Origin: Polyangiales bacterium
GTDB taxonomy: Bacteria; Myxococcota_A; Polyangia; Polyangiales; Polyangiaceae
Assembly (NCBI GenBank): GCA_038231275.1
Contig: JBBRLQ010000014.1
Coordinates: 32,001 to 96,000 of the forward strand
Length of the DNA stretch: 64,000 bases
Direction: 5' to 3'
Of the stretch, positions 1-9,033 are shown piece after piece. Made by a program: the position numbers and the translations under genes. The notes below the pieces were generated by a model. That model was not told the origin of the DNA and made no database searches. It saw only the letters and a list, made by a program, of their open reading frames with translations. Positions within the stretch are counted from its first letter, which is position 1; every line of letters begins with the position of its first letter.

Positions 1-968
1 GACGTGGTGACGAGCGCGCTGGCGTCGCCGTGCAGGAGGACGCCGGCCGCGTCGGGGAAGGGGAGGCGCGCCGCGGCGAGCGCGTCGGTGACGCGCGGCG
101 GCGCGCGCGAAGGACTAGGTCGTGCCGGCGCATCGCCTGGCGAAACCCCGGGGAGCGTCGCCGGAGCCGGCACCGTCACCTGCGCGCGGAGATCGCCCTG
201 CGCCTTCACGAGCGGCGGCTCGGAGCGCCGGATTTCGGGCGAGTCGTGCGGGCGCGCGGGGACCGTGATCTGCGCGGTGCCCATCTCGACTGCACGCCAC
301 GGCGCGCCGCCGGCGTCGATCCCGGCAGGCGAGGGCGCCGCGAGAGAGAAGCTCAGCTCGCCTGCGTCGAGCTCCTGGAACGCGACGCCTGCGGCCTGAC
401 GCACTTCGCGCTGCTCGTTCGCCGGCGGCGGTGGTGGCGCGCTCGGTCGCAAGCTCGGCGGCCTTTGCGCGAGTCGACGTGCCATGTGCGCGTGCCCGCC
501 GCGCTCGAACGCCTCTTGTGCGCGCACGAGATCCCCCGTGCGCTCGTACGCGAGGCCGAGGTACCCCCACGCGCGCTTGTGATCGGGCTGCGCCTTGACG
601 AGCGCCTCGAGCTCTTCGCGCGCGCGGCCCGCCTGCGACGTCTTCAAGTAGCAGAGCGCGAGGTTCAGTCGCAGGCTCGGCTCGCGCGGGTTCTGGTTAC
701 GGAGCGTCTCGTAAATTTGCGTCGCGCGCGGGTAGAGGCCGAGCCGGAAGTAGACGACCGCGAGGAGATCCTGGCCCTTCGCGTCGCGCGGCTGGTAGGT
801 GAGCGCGCGCTCGAGTGACTCCTTCGCCTCGTGGACGCGATCGTCCTGCAGGAGCTCGCTGCCGCGATAAAGGTGAAAGAGGAAATCCTCGTCCGCAACC
901 TCGCGCCCCGAATCCGCCGACGGCGGCTGCGCGGTAATGCGCGGCTCGGGGAGGAGGGGATCGACCAT
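1..968 (-). CDS. Tetratricopeptide-repeat protein (partial; runs off the left edge)
   Basis: Not in the ORF track because it has no stop in the window. Manual translation from ATG 968: MVDPLLPEPR...EDFLFHLYRGSELLQDDRVHEAKESLERALTYQPRDAKGQDLLAVVYFRLGLYPRATQIYE...LNLALCYLKT...RAWGYLGLAYERTGD, consecutive TPR-like helical repeats followed by a Pro/Ala-rich linker. Confidence 0.85.
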   Translation of the reverse strand, partial: MVDPLLPEPRITAQPPSADSGREVADEDFLFHLYRGSELLQDDRVHEAKESLERALTYQPRDAKGQDLLAVVYFRLGLYPRATQIYETLRNQNPREPSLRLNLALCYLKTSQAGRAREELEALVKAQPDHKRAWGYLGLAYERTGDLVRAQEAFERGGHAHMARRLAQRPPSLRPSAPPPPPANEQREVRQAAGVAFQELDAGELSFSLAAPSPAGIDAGGAPWRAVEMGTAQITVPARPHDSPEIRRSEPPLVKAQGDLRAQVTVPAPATLPGVSPGDAPARPSPSRAPPRVTDALAAARLPFPDAAGVLLHGDASALVTT

Positions 969-1055
969 CGTCCACGCAGTGTATGGCCTTTTGGGGCATC
1001 GCGTCGCGGCTCGAAAGCGGTGGCCGGTTTCGGGGCTCATGTCATGGTGGGAGGA

Positions 1056-2171
1056 ATGTCGGTAGTGCGCCTGTTTGCGCGTCCCCTCACGCGTCCTCTG
1101 ACGATTGGCCTGATTTCCTGCTTGCCAGCGCTGTTCGGTGCCTGCGGCGGCAGCTCAGGAAGCGACACGACCGGCCAGCTCCCCGGCGACGACGCGGGCG
1201 ATGGAACCGACGGCGCCGCAGCGGACGGCCGCGGCGGCGACGGAGGCGGAGGCAGCGACGGAAACGGCGCCGGCTCGGACGGCAACAACGGCAGCGACGC
1301 GACCGATCCCAACCGCATCCAGACGGTCTTCGTCATCATGATGGAGAACCACAGCTGGGACACGATCGACGGCAGCGACAAGGCCGTGTTCATCAAATCG
1401 CTCCTCCCCCTCGGCGGGCACGCCGAGCAATACTCGACGCCGCCGGCCAATCACCCGAGCGAGCCGAATTACATATGGCTCGAGTCGGGCGGCACGCTCG
1501 GCATCACGACCGACGATCCTCCGGGGACGAACCACAAGCCCGACAAAGACCACCTCGTGACGCTCCTCGACAAGGCGGGCATCGGCTGGAAGGCCTACGT
1601 CGAGGAGATCGACGGCAAGAGCTGTCCGCTCACCGACTCGGGCAAGTACGTCACGCGCCACACGCCGATGCTCTTCTTCGACGACGTGACCGACGGCAAC
1701 TCCTCGACGTCGGCGAACTGCATCGCGCACGTACGGCCGTACGCCGAGCTCGCCGCCGATCTGACGGCCAACAAGGTCGCCCGTTACAACTTCATCACGC
1801 CGAACTTGTGCAACGACATGCACGGCCTCTCCCTCTCGTGCGGGACGGCGAACTTCGACGAGATCGGCGCCGGCGACGATTGGCTGAAGGCGGAGGTGCC
1901 GAAGATCCTCGCCTCCGACGCCTACAAGAAGAACGGGGTGCTCTTCATCGCGTGGGACGAAGGGGACGAAAGCGTCGTCTCGGGCGCGAGCGACGGTCCG
2001 CTGCCGTTCATCGTCCTGTCGCCCAAGGCCAAGGCCGGTTTCGCGAGCAAGACCAAGCTCACGCACAGCTCGCTCCTCCGCTCGGTGCAAGAGATCTTCG
2101 GCGTCACGCCGCTCCTGCGCGACGCGCAAAACGCCACCAACCTGGGCGAGTTCTTCACGAGCTTCCCTTGA
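1056..2171 (+). CDS. Phosphoesterase (acid phosphatase / phospholipase C family) lipoprotein
   Basis: VFVIMMENHSWD, HPSEPNY, CNDMH and FIAWDEG motifs; lipobox LFGAC; GGAGG just upstream of ATG 1056. Confidence 0.85.
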   Translation: MSVVRLFARPLTRPLTIGLISCLPALFGACGGSSGSDTTGQLPGDDAGDGTDGAAADGRGGDGGGGSDGNGAGSDGNNGSDATDPNRIQTVFVIMMENHSWDTIDGSDKAVFIKSLLPLGGHAEQYSTPPANHPSEPNYIWLESGGTLGITTDDPPGTNHKPDKDHLVTLLDKAGIGWKAYVEEIDGKSCPLTDSGKYVTRHTPMLFFDDVTDGNSSTSANCIAHVRPYAELAADLTANKVARYNFITPNLCNDMHGLSLSCGTANFDEIGAGDDWLKAEVPKILASDAYKKNGVLFIAWDEGDESVVSGASDGPLPFIVLSPKAKAGFASKTKLTHSSLLRSVQEIFGVTPLLRDAQNATNLGEFFTSFP

Positions 2172-2244
2172 GCTTTCGCGTGCATCCACTACAACCCTGT
2201 TGGCGGAAACCGCAAGGCGTGGTTGGATTCGTCGCCATCAGCCC

Positions 2245-3231
2245 ATGACGATCAACAAGCGTCGCTCGCGCCTGCGCAGAAGCAACACGCCGCCCCCGCC
2301 GGCCGCGGGTGAGCGCCGCCCGTCGCAGCTGCCGATCCCGCCGCCCGCGCCGCTGCCCGACGACACCTACGAAGAAGAAGACGACGGGCGAGTCTCGTAC
2401 GATCCGACGCCTGCGCCGCCGCCGGTCGCCCCACCTCGCGCAGAGCTGGCCGTGAAAGCGGCGGCGATGCCCCCGCCCGCCGTGGAGGAGCCGGAGGACG
2501 AGGAAGAACACGACGAGGAGGAAGAGGAAGACCCCGCCGCCAAGGCGAAGGAGGAAGAAGAAGCGGAGCGGGAGGAAGAAGAAGAAGAGGACGAAGAGGA
2601 AGAAGAAGAAGAGGCACCGCCAGCCCCGCGCGCCGCGCCCGCTCGGTCTGCCGCGCCACGTGCGGCCGCGCGCGCACCCGAGCCCGAGGAAGAGGTGGTC
2701 GCTGCCGAGCCTGCTGCGGAAGACGCGCCGACCGAAGTCGACGCCGAGGCGATCGCTCCGGGCGAGCCCAAGCCCACTCCGCGCTGGATTCCGATCGCGC
2801 TGCTCGTGGCCACCCTCGTCGGCGTTCTCTTGTGGGTAAAGTTTCATCGGCGTGAGGCGCCGCCGCAGCGCCCGGTCGAGACGCCGATCGCATCCGCGAC
2901 CGTCTCGGCGCCGCCGCGCATCCCGGTGCTCTTGACCAGCGAGCCCGAGGTCAATCGCGCGCTCGACGATGCATCGGTTCTCGATTTCGAGGCCGCGAAG
3001 GTCGAACGGAAGCAGGCTGTCATGGCGCTGGAGAAGCACGAGATCCCGAAGGCGGTGGATCTGGCGACGCAAGCGCTCGCGCACGATCCGCAGGACGCGG
3101 AGGGCTGGCTCATCCTCGGCGCCGCGCACCTTTACCGAGGCGACTACGCGGCGGCGCAGAAGGCGTTCAAGACGTGCGTCGAGATCGCCAAAGTCGGTCG
3201 CCGCGACGAGTGCGCCGCGTTGGCTCACTGA
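2245..3231 (+). CDS. Bitopic membrane protein: acidic/Pro-rich N-region, one TM helix, C-terminal TPR
   Basis: Poly-Glu tract; TM WIPIALLVATLVGVLLW; TPR AEGWLILGAAHLYRGDYAAAQKAFKTC. Confidence 0.75.
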   Translation: MTINKRRSRLRRSNTPPPPAAGERRPSQLPIPPPAPLPDDTYEEEDDGRVSYDPTPAPPPVAPPRAELAVKAAAMPPPAVEEPEDEEEHDEEEEEDPAAKAKEEEEAEREEEEEEDEEEEEEEAPPAPRAAPARSAAPRAAARAPEPEEEVVAAEPAAEDAPTEVDAEAIAPGEPKPTPRWIPIALLVATLVGVLLWVKFHRREAPPQRPVETPIASATVSAPPRIPVLLTSEPEVNRALDDASVLDFEAAKVERKQAVMALEKHEIPKAVDLATQALAHDPQDAEGWLILGAAHLYRGDYAAAQKAFKTCVEIAKVGRRDECAALAH

Positions 3232-3240
3232 AGGCGGGGC

Positions 3241-3996
3241 TCACCAGCGCTTGCGCGTGGTGGCGATGGCCAGCGCAGCGATGAGGCCGAGCGCGATCGT
3301 CGTGACCCAGCTGTCGGCGATCGCCGTGCCTTGGGTGGCGCGGAGATCGACGAGGGCGCCGGTGGCCAGGGACGTGCTCGCCCAGGCGAACGCCGCGTGC
3401 GCGCCCCACGCGAGCCACGCGCCGCGATCGCGGAGCCACAGCGCGCCGTACGCGATCCCTCCAAAAAATGCGCCCGCCAGCACCACGGGGGTCTCCGCGC
3501 CGTCGCCGTAGGCGGACGCGACCTCGGCGAGGCCGCACGCCGCGAGGCGCCCCCACGCCACGGTGCCGACCGGGAGGACGCGTAGGACGAGACCGCGAAG
3601 CAAGAGCTCGTCGCGCGCGGCGAGGAACGCCGGAATCACCAACCCCACCGCAGCGACGAGCGGCGACGGAATGTTGGGCGCGAGGTGCGCAGCCTTGAAG
3701 ACGATCACGATGGCCGCGACGACCGCCGCCGCCGAGAGGCCCATCCCGACGCCTCGCAGCGCCCGCATCGCGACGGCGCGCGTCGTCGGGATCGGCGCGA
3801 GCGGATCGCTCCACGCGATCCCGAGCCGGCCTGCCCCCCACTCGGCGATCACGGTCTGCACGATCGCCGCCGCCGCGCCGTACTGCGCGAGGAACGCTCC
3901 GGCGAAGCGCGCCGCGGCGTACACCGCCGTGCCCCACATCGCGAGGCGGGCCGATGCACGCAGGGCGGCGCGGCGATCGGCGTCCGACGTGCTCAC
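3241..3996 (-). CDS. CPBP/Abi (CAAX protease-like) intramembrane protein
   Basis: C-terminal part of ORF 3241..4932; GTG overlaps the upstream TGA (GTGA). Multi-TM with DELLLRG and WGAHAAF motifs. Confidence 0.7.
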   Translation of the reverse strand: MSTSDADRRAALRASARLAMWGTAVYAAARFAGAFLAQYGAAAAIVQTVIAEWGAGRLGIAWSDPLAPIPTTRAVAMRALRGVGMGLSAAAVVAAIVIVFKAAHLAPNIPSPLVAAVGLVIPAFLAARDELLLRGLVLRVLPVGTVAWGRLAACGLAEVASAYGDGAETPVVLAGAFFGGIAYGALWLRDRGAWLAWGAHAAFAWASTSLATGALVDLRATQGTAIADSWVTTIALGLIAALAIATTRKRW

Positions 3997-5012
3997 AGCG
4001 CCTCCGCGAGATCGTCCCCTTGCGCGAGGAGCCCTGGTAGCCCCCCGGTGTGCAGGAACAGCACGCGCGCGCCGCTCTTCACCTCGCCGCGCTCCAGTGC
4101 GCGCGACAGGCCGTAGAGCGCCTTGCCGGTGTAGACCGGATCGAGGATCGTCCCGCTCGTGCGCGCGACCTCGATCAAGAAGCGCTTCTGCGCGTCGTCC
4201 ATCACACCGTAGCCGGGCCCCTTCGAGCGATCGTCGAACGTCAGCGGGGCCGGCGCCGGCAGCGACGGATCCAGCGCGCGCGCTTCGCCCACGATACGCG
4301 TCGTGACGTGCTCGAAGTACGCGGCGTCGTCGCAGACGCATACCGCCCGCACCGCCTTCGCCGACTCGTGCTTCGCGGCTCCGAGCGCGACGCCGACCGC
4401 GGTGCCCCCCGATCCGCACGCATGCACCACGAGATCGAACGCCGTACGCGGCCCCGCGAGCCCGAGATCGATCTGACGACGCACCTCTTCCATCGCGTCG
4501 ACGTACCCGAGAGAGCCGAGCCCGTTCGAGCCTCCCTCCGGGATCACGTACGGCCGCTCGCCCGCGCGCGCCAGCTCTTGCGCCGCGCTCTCCATCACCG
4601 CGCCGCGCTGGGAGTAGTCCTGGGTCGAGATCAGCCGGATCTCTGCGCCGACGAGGCGATCGAGGAGCACGTTGCCGGTGCGCGGCAAAGCGTCTTTGAC
4701 CGCCGGCCGCTCGGCGCTCGTCGGACCGCTTCGCACGCGCAGAAAAAGCACGGTGCGCATGCCGAGCTGCGCCGCCACGATCGCCGTCGCGCGCGCGTGG
4801 TTCGACTGAACACCGCCGCACGTGAGGATGACCGTCGACCTCTTCTCGACCGCGTCGCCCATGAGGTACTCGAGCTTGCGGATCTTGTTCCCCGACTCGG
4901 CGCCGCCCGACGCGTCGTCGCGCTTGATCCACAGCTCGACGCCGAGCCGTTCGTCGAGCGCCTTGCGGCGGACGATCGGCGTAGGGGCGTGAATCAGGGG
5001 AATTCGGTGCAT
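3993..5012 (-). CDS. D-cysteine desulfhydrase / ACC deaminase family PLP enzyme
   Basis: PTP, KRDD, GNKIRKLEY (PLP lysine), QSNHAR, GSGGT, LDPVYTGK and HTGG motifs. Confidence 0.9.
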   Translation of the reverse strand: MHRIPLIHAPTPIVRRKALDERLGVELWIKRDDASGGAESGNKIRKLEYLMGDAVEKRSTVILTCGGVQSNHARATAIVAAQLGMRTVLFLRVRSGPTSAERPAVKDALPRTGNVLLDRLVGAEIRLISTQDYSQRGAVMESAAQELARAGERPYVIPEGGSNGLGSLGYVDAMEEVRRQIDLGLAGPRTAFDLVVHACGSGGTAVGVALGAAKHESAKAVRAVCVCDDAAYFEHVTTRIVGEARALDPSLPAPAPLTFDDRSKGPGYGVMDDAQKRFLIEVARTSGTILDPVYTGKALYGLSRALERGEVKSGARVLFLHTGGLPGLLAQGDDLAEAL

Positions 5013-5019
5013 TGGCGGC

Positions 5020-5535
5020 TCACGACGCGAACGTGACGAGCTTCGCGTTGGCCTCCACCGTGGCCCCCGCCTCGACGTGGATCTCGGCGATCGTCGCCGC
5101 GGCCTTGGCTTTGAGCTCGTTCTCCATCTTCATCGCCTCGACCACGAGGAGAGCCTGCCCGGCTGCGACCTCGTCGCCCACCTTCACCAGCACCTTCACG
5201 ACGCGGCCTGGCATCGGCGACTTGAGGACGCGATCGGCGCCGCCGCCCTTGCTCTTCTTGGCGGCCTCGGCGGCGCGCATGCGATCGCTCTCGACGCGGA
5301 CGTACGAGCGATGCCCGCTCGCGATGGCGCCGATCTCCGGAGGCGTGCCCTCGGTCGTGAGATCGACGATGTGGCCGTCGATGCGCACCGAGAGCGTCCC
5401 GCCGAGGGACACGACGTCGACGTCGACGCGGCGCCCGCCGACCGAGACGTCGAGCGCGCCGGTGGGCAGCTCGGTCACGTCGACGAGGATGGGCTCGCTG
5501 CCAGGGGTAGGGTCGAGGGTCACGTAGTAGCGCAT
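5020..5535 (-). CDS. Biotin carboxyl carrier subunit of an acyl-CoA carboxylase
   Basis: SPMPG...EAMKMENE biotinylation motif with an N-terminal linker domain. Confidence 0.92.
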   Translation of the reverse strand: MRYYVTLDPTPGSEPILVDVTELPTGALDVSVGGRRVDVDVVSLGGTLSVRIDGHIVDLTTEGTPPEIGAIASGHRSYVRVESDRMRAAEAAKKSKGGGADRVLKSPMPGRVVKVLVKVGDEVAAGQALLVVEAMKMENELKAKAAATIAEIHVEAGATVEANAKLVTFAS

Positions 5536-5542
5536 CGGTCTC

Positions 5543-8500
5543 TCAGTGGAAGAAGGGGCAGCTCTCGTTTGCCATACACCAGTGCGACTCGGGGTGGCTG
5601 AGGAAGTACGCGTCCTTGCCGCCGGACGCGAAGAAACGGCCCATCATGTGGTCGTAGTACACGACGTCGTCGAACGCCTTGCACGGCTCGGTGAACGTCC
5701 AGACGTGCTGCCCGAGCGCGTTGATGTACGCGTACACGGCGGCGACGATCGGTGCGTCGGCGGTCCACGCGGCGCCGTCCTTGGTGCCCACGCCGCGGAG
5801 CCGAGGCGCCCAGGCCGCGGTGAGCGACGCCGGATCGGTCGCGCGGAGGCCCGCGACGCGCGCGAGGCGGAGGGGAGCGGTCGGGTGAGGCGCGTCGAAG
5901 GCGTCGCGGCCTTCGCTGTGCCAGTCCGCGTCGAAGAGCGTCTCGCCGCAGATGTTCGCGTCGGTCGGCGCGGACGAGCACTCGGTCGACGGGCGGTAGT
6001 TGACGCGGCACGCGGGGCCTCCGCGCGTTCGCTTCATGCGCGAGAGCGACTCGATCGCGCCGCCGTCGACGAGAACCTGGTTCGCGGTGCGGCCACCCCA
6101 CGCGTCGTAGAGCGCCTTCGGCGTCGCGTAGTCCGCGTACTCGGGGAAGCGCGTCGCGGCGTCGGGCGGCAAGAACGGCAACGCCCCCGCCGCGCGCGCG
6201 AAAGAGCTCCCTCCGGCGGCCGGCACGAGCGGATCCCCGACCGTCGTCGACGACAAAATCGGGCGCGGCGGCAGGACCGCGCCGTCGATGCCGTACGCCG
6301 GCCGCAGCGTGTAATACGGCGCAAAATTGACCGGATCGGAGGGATCGACCGCCGCTTGCGTCAGGTTCATGAGCCGCCGGAAATTCGGCGACTGGCGCAA
6401 GTAGCCGAGCCCTTCGTTCGGTGCGACGAGCGGCGAGCCGACCGGATAGAACGTGTCGCGGAACTGCGCGCAGCCGCCGTCAGCGGTGCACGACGTGGTG
6501 TCGTCGGCGACCTGCGTGATGCGCGTGGCCGCCTTCTCCCACGTCGCGATGCGCCGCCCGGCCGGAGCTCCAGGCGCGGGAACGCACGTCGCATACGAGC
6601 CCACCGCGTTCGGTTGATCGTAGATCTGCACGTCGATGCGGTCGCCGATGTTCGTCGGCACCGCGACGCGGAACCTCCCGCCGGCCCATGTTCCGCCGCA
6701 GCGAGTCTCTTTCGTCGTCACGTTCGTGACGATCACGGTCTTGCCTGCGTCGAGCTCGGCGGCCGAGAGGCAGGCGATCTCGATCTCTGCCGAGTCGATG
6801 AGATCGTTGACGACGAAGCGCACGCTGCGCTCGTCTTTGCCGCACGCTGTGATCGGCCCGATCGCGTCGCGCGGCAAATCAGACGAGGGCACCGCCACGA
6901 CGAGCGGCGTGAAGACCTGCTCGAGCACCGAGTCGGGGACGAGCGCCGAGCGCGTCGCCACGTCGATGAGGCCGCCGGCGCCGGAGATCGAGGCCGTCGC
7001 GGTGACGTTCGGATCGAGCGCGCCGTGGATCTGCGCGACGATGCCGCCGTACGAGTCTCCTGCCGAGAAGAGGCGCGCGCCGGGGCCGCCGATGTCGGGC
7101 GCGCCGTCGGCGTCGAAGTCCCCCATCGCGTCGAGCGCGCCGTCGCCGTCGTAGTCCTGCGTGCTCCGCCGCCCGTCGAACGCGCGCACGAGGCGCGTCG
7201 CGGACACCTGATCGAGCACCGACTGCCGGATGTTGTCGCGCGAGTGGAAGATGTGACTCGTCCAGAGGAGACCGCCCGGATCGGCCTTGCCGTCGCCGTT
7301 CAGATCGTGCGCGCGGCTCGCGGTGATGCCGTTCAGCCACGGCGCCATGCACGTCTCGCGGAGGAACACTTCGGCGACGCTCTCGGTCCCCTTGTCGAGC
7401 ACGAGCCCGTGGCCCGGCATGTTGATCGCGAAGGTCGCGAGACCCTGCTTGGCGAAGTACCCCGCGCGGATGATGATCTCGGCGGCGTTCTGCGCCGTGC
7501 CGTGCGACCACATCACTGTGTCGAACGGCTGCTTGCCCTTCGAGGCGCGCGGCACGACCAGCCAGAACTGCACCTGATCGCTCTGCACGTCCGCCGCGCC
7601 GGTCATGAAATTCACGTGAAAATGCGAGTCGGGATCCTCGTGCGCGGGATCGCCGAGCAGGTACGGCGCCGCGAAGCTGCCGATGACGATGTGGTCCACG
7701 TTGTCGACGATGCTCGCCTCGAGGGCGGCGGCCGCGGGACCCTTCAGGCCGACCAGGCGATCGAGGAGCTGGTGGAGTGCGTCCTTCGCGTCGTCCATCT
7801 TGACGAGGAACGGCCGCTTGCTTGGCGACGCGCACCGCGGATCGCTCGCCCAGCTCGGCGACTCGCCGCTCTCGTCGCGGACGAGCCCGATCGCGCGAAA
7901 CGCCTTCGCGTCCGGCGGAAATTGCGCGTCGAGCCTGGAAAACAAGCCCTTTCCATGCACGCCGTCGCGGAGCAGCCGCATGTCCTCGTAGACGGGCTGC
8001 GTCGTGAACGTCCACGCGAAGGCGACGTGAGCGAGCCCGGTCCCCGCGAGGTCGCCGTAGTACGCGGCGTGATCGGACGACGCGAGGACGGCTTCGAGGC
8101 GACCGACGGAGTCCTTTTGCGTCGGATGATGCACGAAGGGGAACGGCGAGCGCACCGGCTTTCCGTCGCTGCCGCGCAGGCGATCGGTCAGGACGACGGC
8201 GTACTCCGTCTTCTCTTCCATCGGCACGATCGGACGCAGGATGAGCGTGTCGGTCTCGCGCTCGTACCAGGTGGTCACGTCGTCGACGCCGGCCAGCTTC
8301 CCGGGTGCGAGTGCGCCAAACGTGTTCGGGTGGTCGAGGACGCCGTCGAAATCCGTGTCGAGGTCCGGGCGGTACAGGCTCTGCGTGAGGCCGGCGCCCT
8401 CCTCGGTCGTCTCGAACAAGATGTTCTGCGCGGCGGCGCGCGTGTCGTTGCGCCAGTAGAGCGAGGGATCGGCGACGGTGACGGGAAAGCTCCCGTCGCC

Positions 8501-8959
8501 GAGGTCGAGCGCGACCGGTATGCCCGTCTTCAAGTTGACGACGTAGACCGCATCGTTCGCGAAATCGTTTCCGTCGCCGCGCATGCGCGACGCGAGATCG
8601 CCGAGATCGAGCGCCGGCGCGCCGATGGGCGACGCGAGGCCGGGCGAGAAGGCGACCCAGATCGGCGCGAAGGTGCCCCATCCCTCCATCTCGTTGAAGC
8701 CGTCGCGCGCGCTCCGCTCGAGGCGCGTCGCCGCGTCGAGGCTCACGTTGATGCGGCGGCCGGTGCGGCTCGTCGGATCGGCGACGGTGGCGACGTCGTT
8801 GGGCGCGGGGATGTTCGGCAGCGGGCGACCTGTCAGATCGAAGACGACCGTGGCGCCGTCACCGGCAGGCGTGGCGCGCAGGCCACGAGGAGCGGTGTCG
8901 ACGCCGCACGCCGCGGCGAGGGTCGACGCCGCGACGAGACAGAGGAAAAAGGGCTTCAT
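5543..8959 (-). CDS. Giant lipoprotein: Ig-like N-terminal region plus alpha/beta-hydrolase (lipase-like) domain; paralogue A
   Basis: Lipobox LAAAC; PxPND N-terminal motif; HG oxyanion-type motif (WSHGT), nucleophile elbow GDSYGG, GDPLV, GQH; several DxD/NGDG Ca-binding-type loops. Confidence 0.75.
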   Translation of the reverse strand: MKPFFLCLVAASTLAAACGVDTAPRGLRATPAGDGATVVFDLTGRPLPNIPAPNDVATVADPTSRTGRRINVSLDAATRLERSARDGFNEMEGWGTFAPIWVAFSPGLASPIGAPALDLGDLASRMRGDGNDFANDAVYVVNLKTGIPVALDLGDGSFPVTVADPSLYWRNDTRAAAQNILFETTEEGAGLTQSLYRPDLDTDFDGVLDHPNTFGALAPGKLAGVDDVTTWYERETDTLILRPIVPMEEKTEYAVVLTDRLRGSDGKPVRSPFPFVHHPTQKDSVGRLEAVLASSDHAAYYGDLAGTGLAHVAFAWTFTTQPVYEDMRLLRDGVHGKGLFSRLDAQFPPDAKAFRAIGLVRDESGESPSWASDPRCASPSKRPFLVKMDDAKDALHQLLDRLVGLKGPAAAALEASIVDNVDHIVIGSFAAPYLLGDPAHEDPDSHFHVNFMTGAADVQSDQVQFWLVVPRASKGKQPFDTVMWSHGTAQNAAEIIIRAGYFAKQGLATFAINMPGHGLVLDKGTESVAEVFLRETCMAPWLNGITASRAHDLNGDGKADPGGLLWTSHIFHSRDNIRQSVLDQVSATRLVRAFDGRRSTQDYDGDGALDAMGDFDADGAPDIGGPGARLFSAGDSYGGIVAQIHGALDPNVTATASISGAGGLIDVATRSALVPDSVLEQVFTPLVVAVPSSDLPRDAIGPITACGKDERSVRFVVNDLIDSAEIEIACLSAAELDAGKTVIVTNVTTKETRCGGTWAGGRFRVAVPTNIGDRIDVQIYDQPNAVGSYATCVPAPGAPAGRRIATWEKAATRITQVADDTTSCTADGGCAQFRDTFYPVGSPLVAPNEGLGYLRQSPNFRRLMNLTQAAVDPSDPVNFAPYYTLRPAYGIDGAVLPPRPILSSTTVGDPLVPAAGGSSFARAAGALPFLPPDAATRFPEYADYATPKALYDAWGGRTANQVLVDGGAIESLSRMKRTRGGPACRVNYRPSTECSSAPTDANICGETLFDADWHSEGRDAFDAPHPTAPLRLARVAGLRATDPASLTAAWAPRLRGVGTKDGAAWTADAPIVAAVYAYINALGQHVWTFTEPCKAFDDVVYYDHMMGRFFASGGKDAYFLSHPESHWCMANESCPFFH

Positions 8960-9033
8960 GAAGCCCGCGCATTCTGCCACACGTCGTGAATTGAGACTCG
9001 ACAGACCGGCCGCCTCCTCCTACGGACCTGGGC

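Noticed and set aside
5546..8989. 1147-aa plus-strand ORF, and similar long antisense ORFs (23058..26678, 48805..51486, 55440..57869)
   Set aside because: Shadow frames opposite well-supported genes; stop codons are rare on the antisense strand of high-GC coding DNA and the translations have no motifs.
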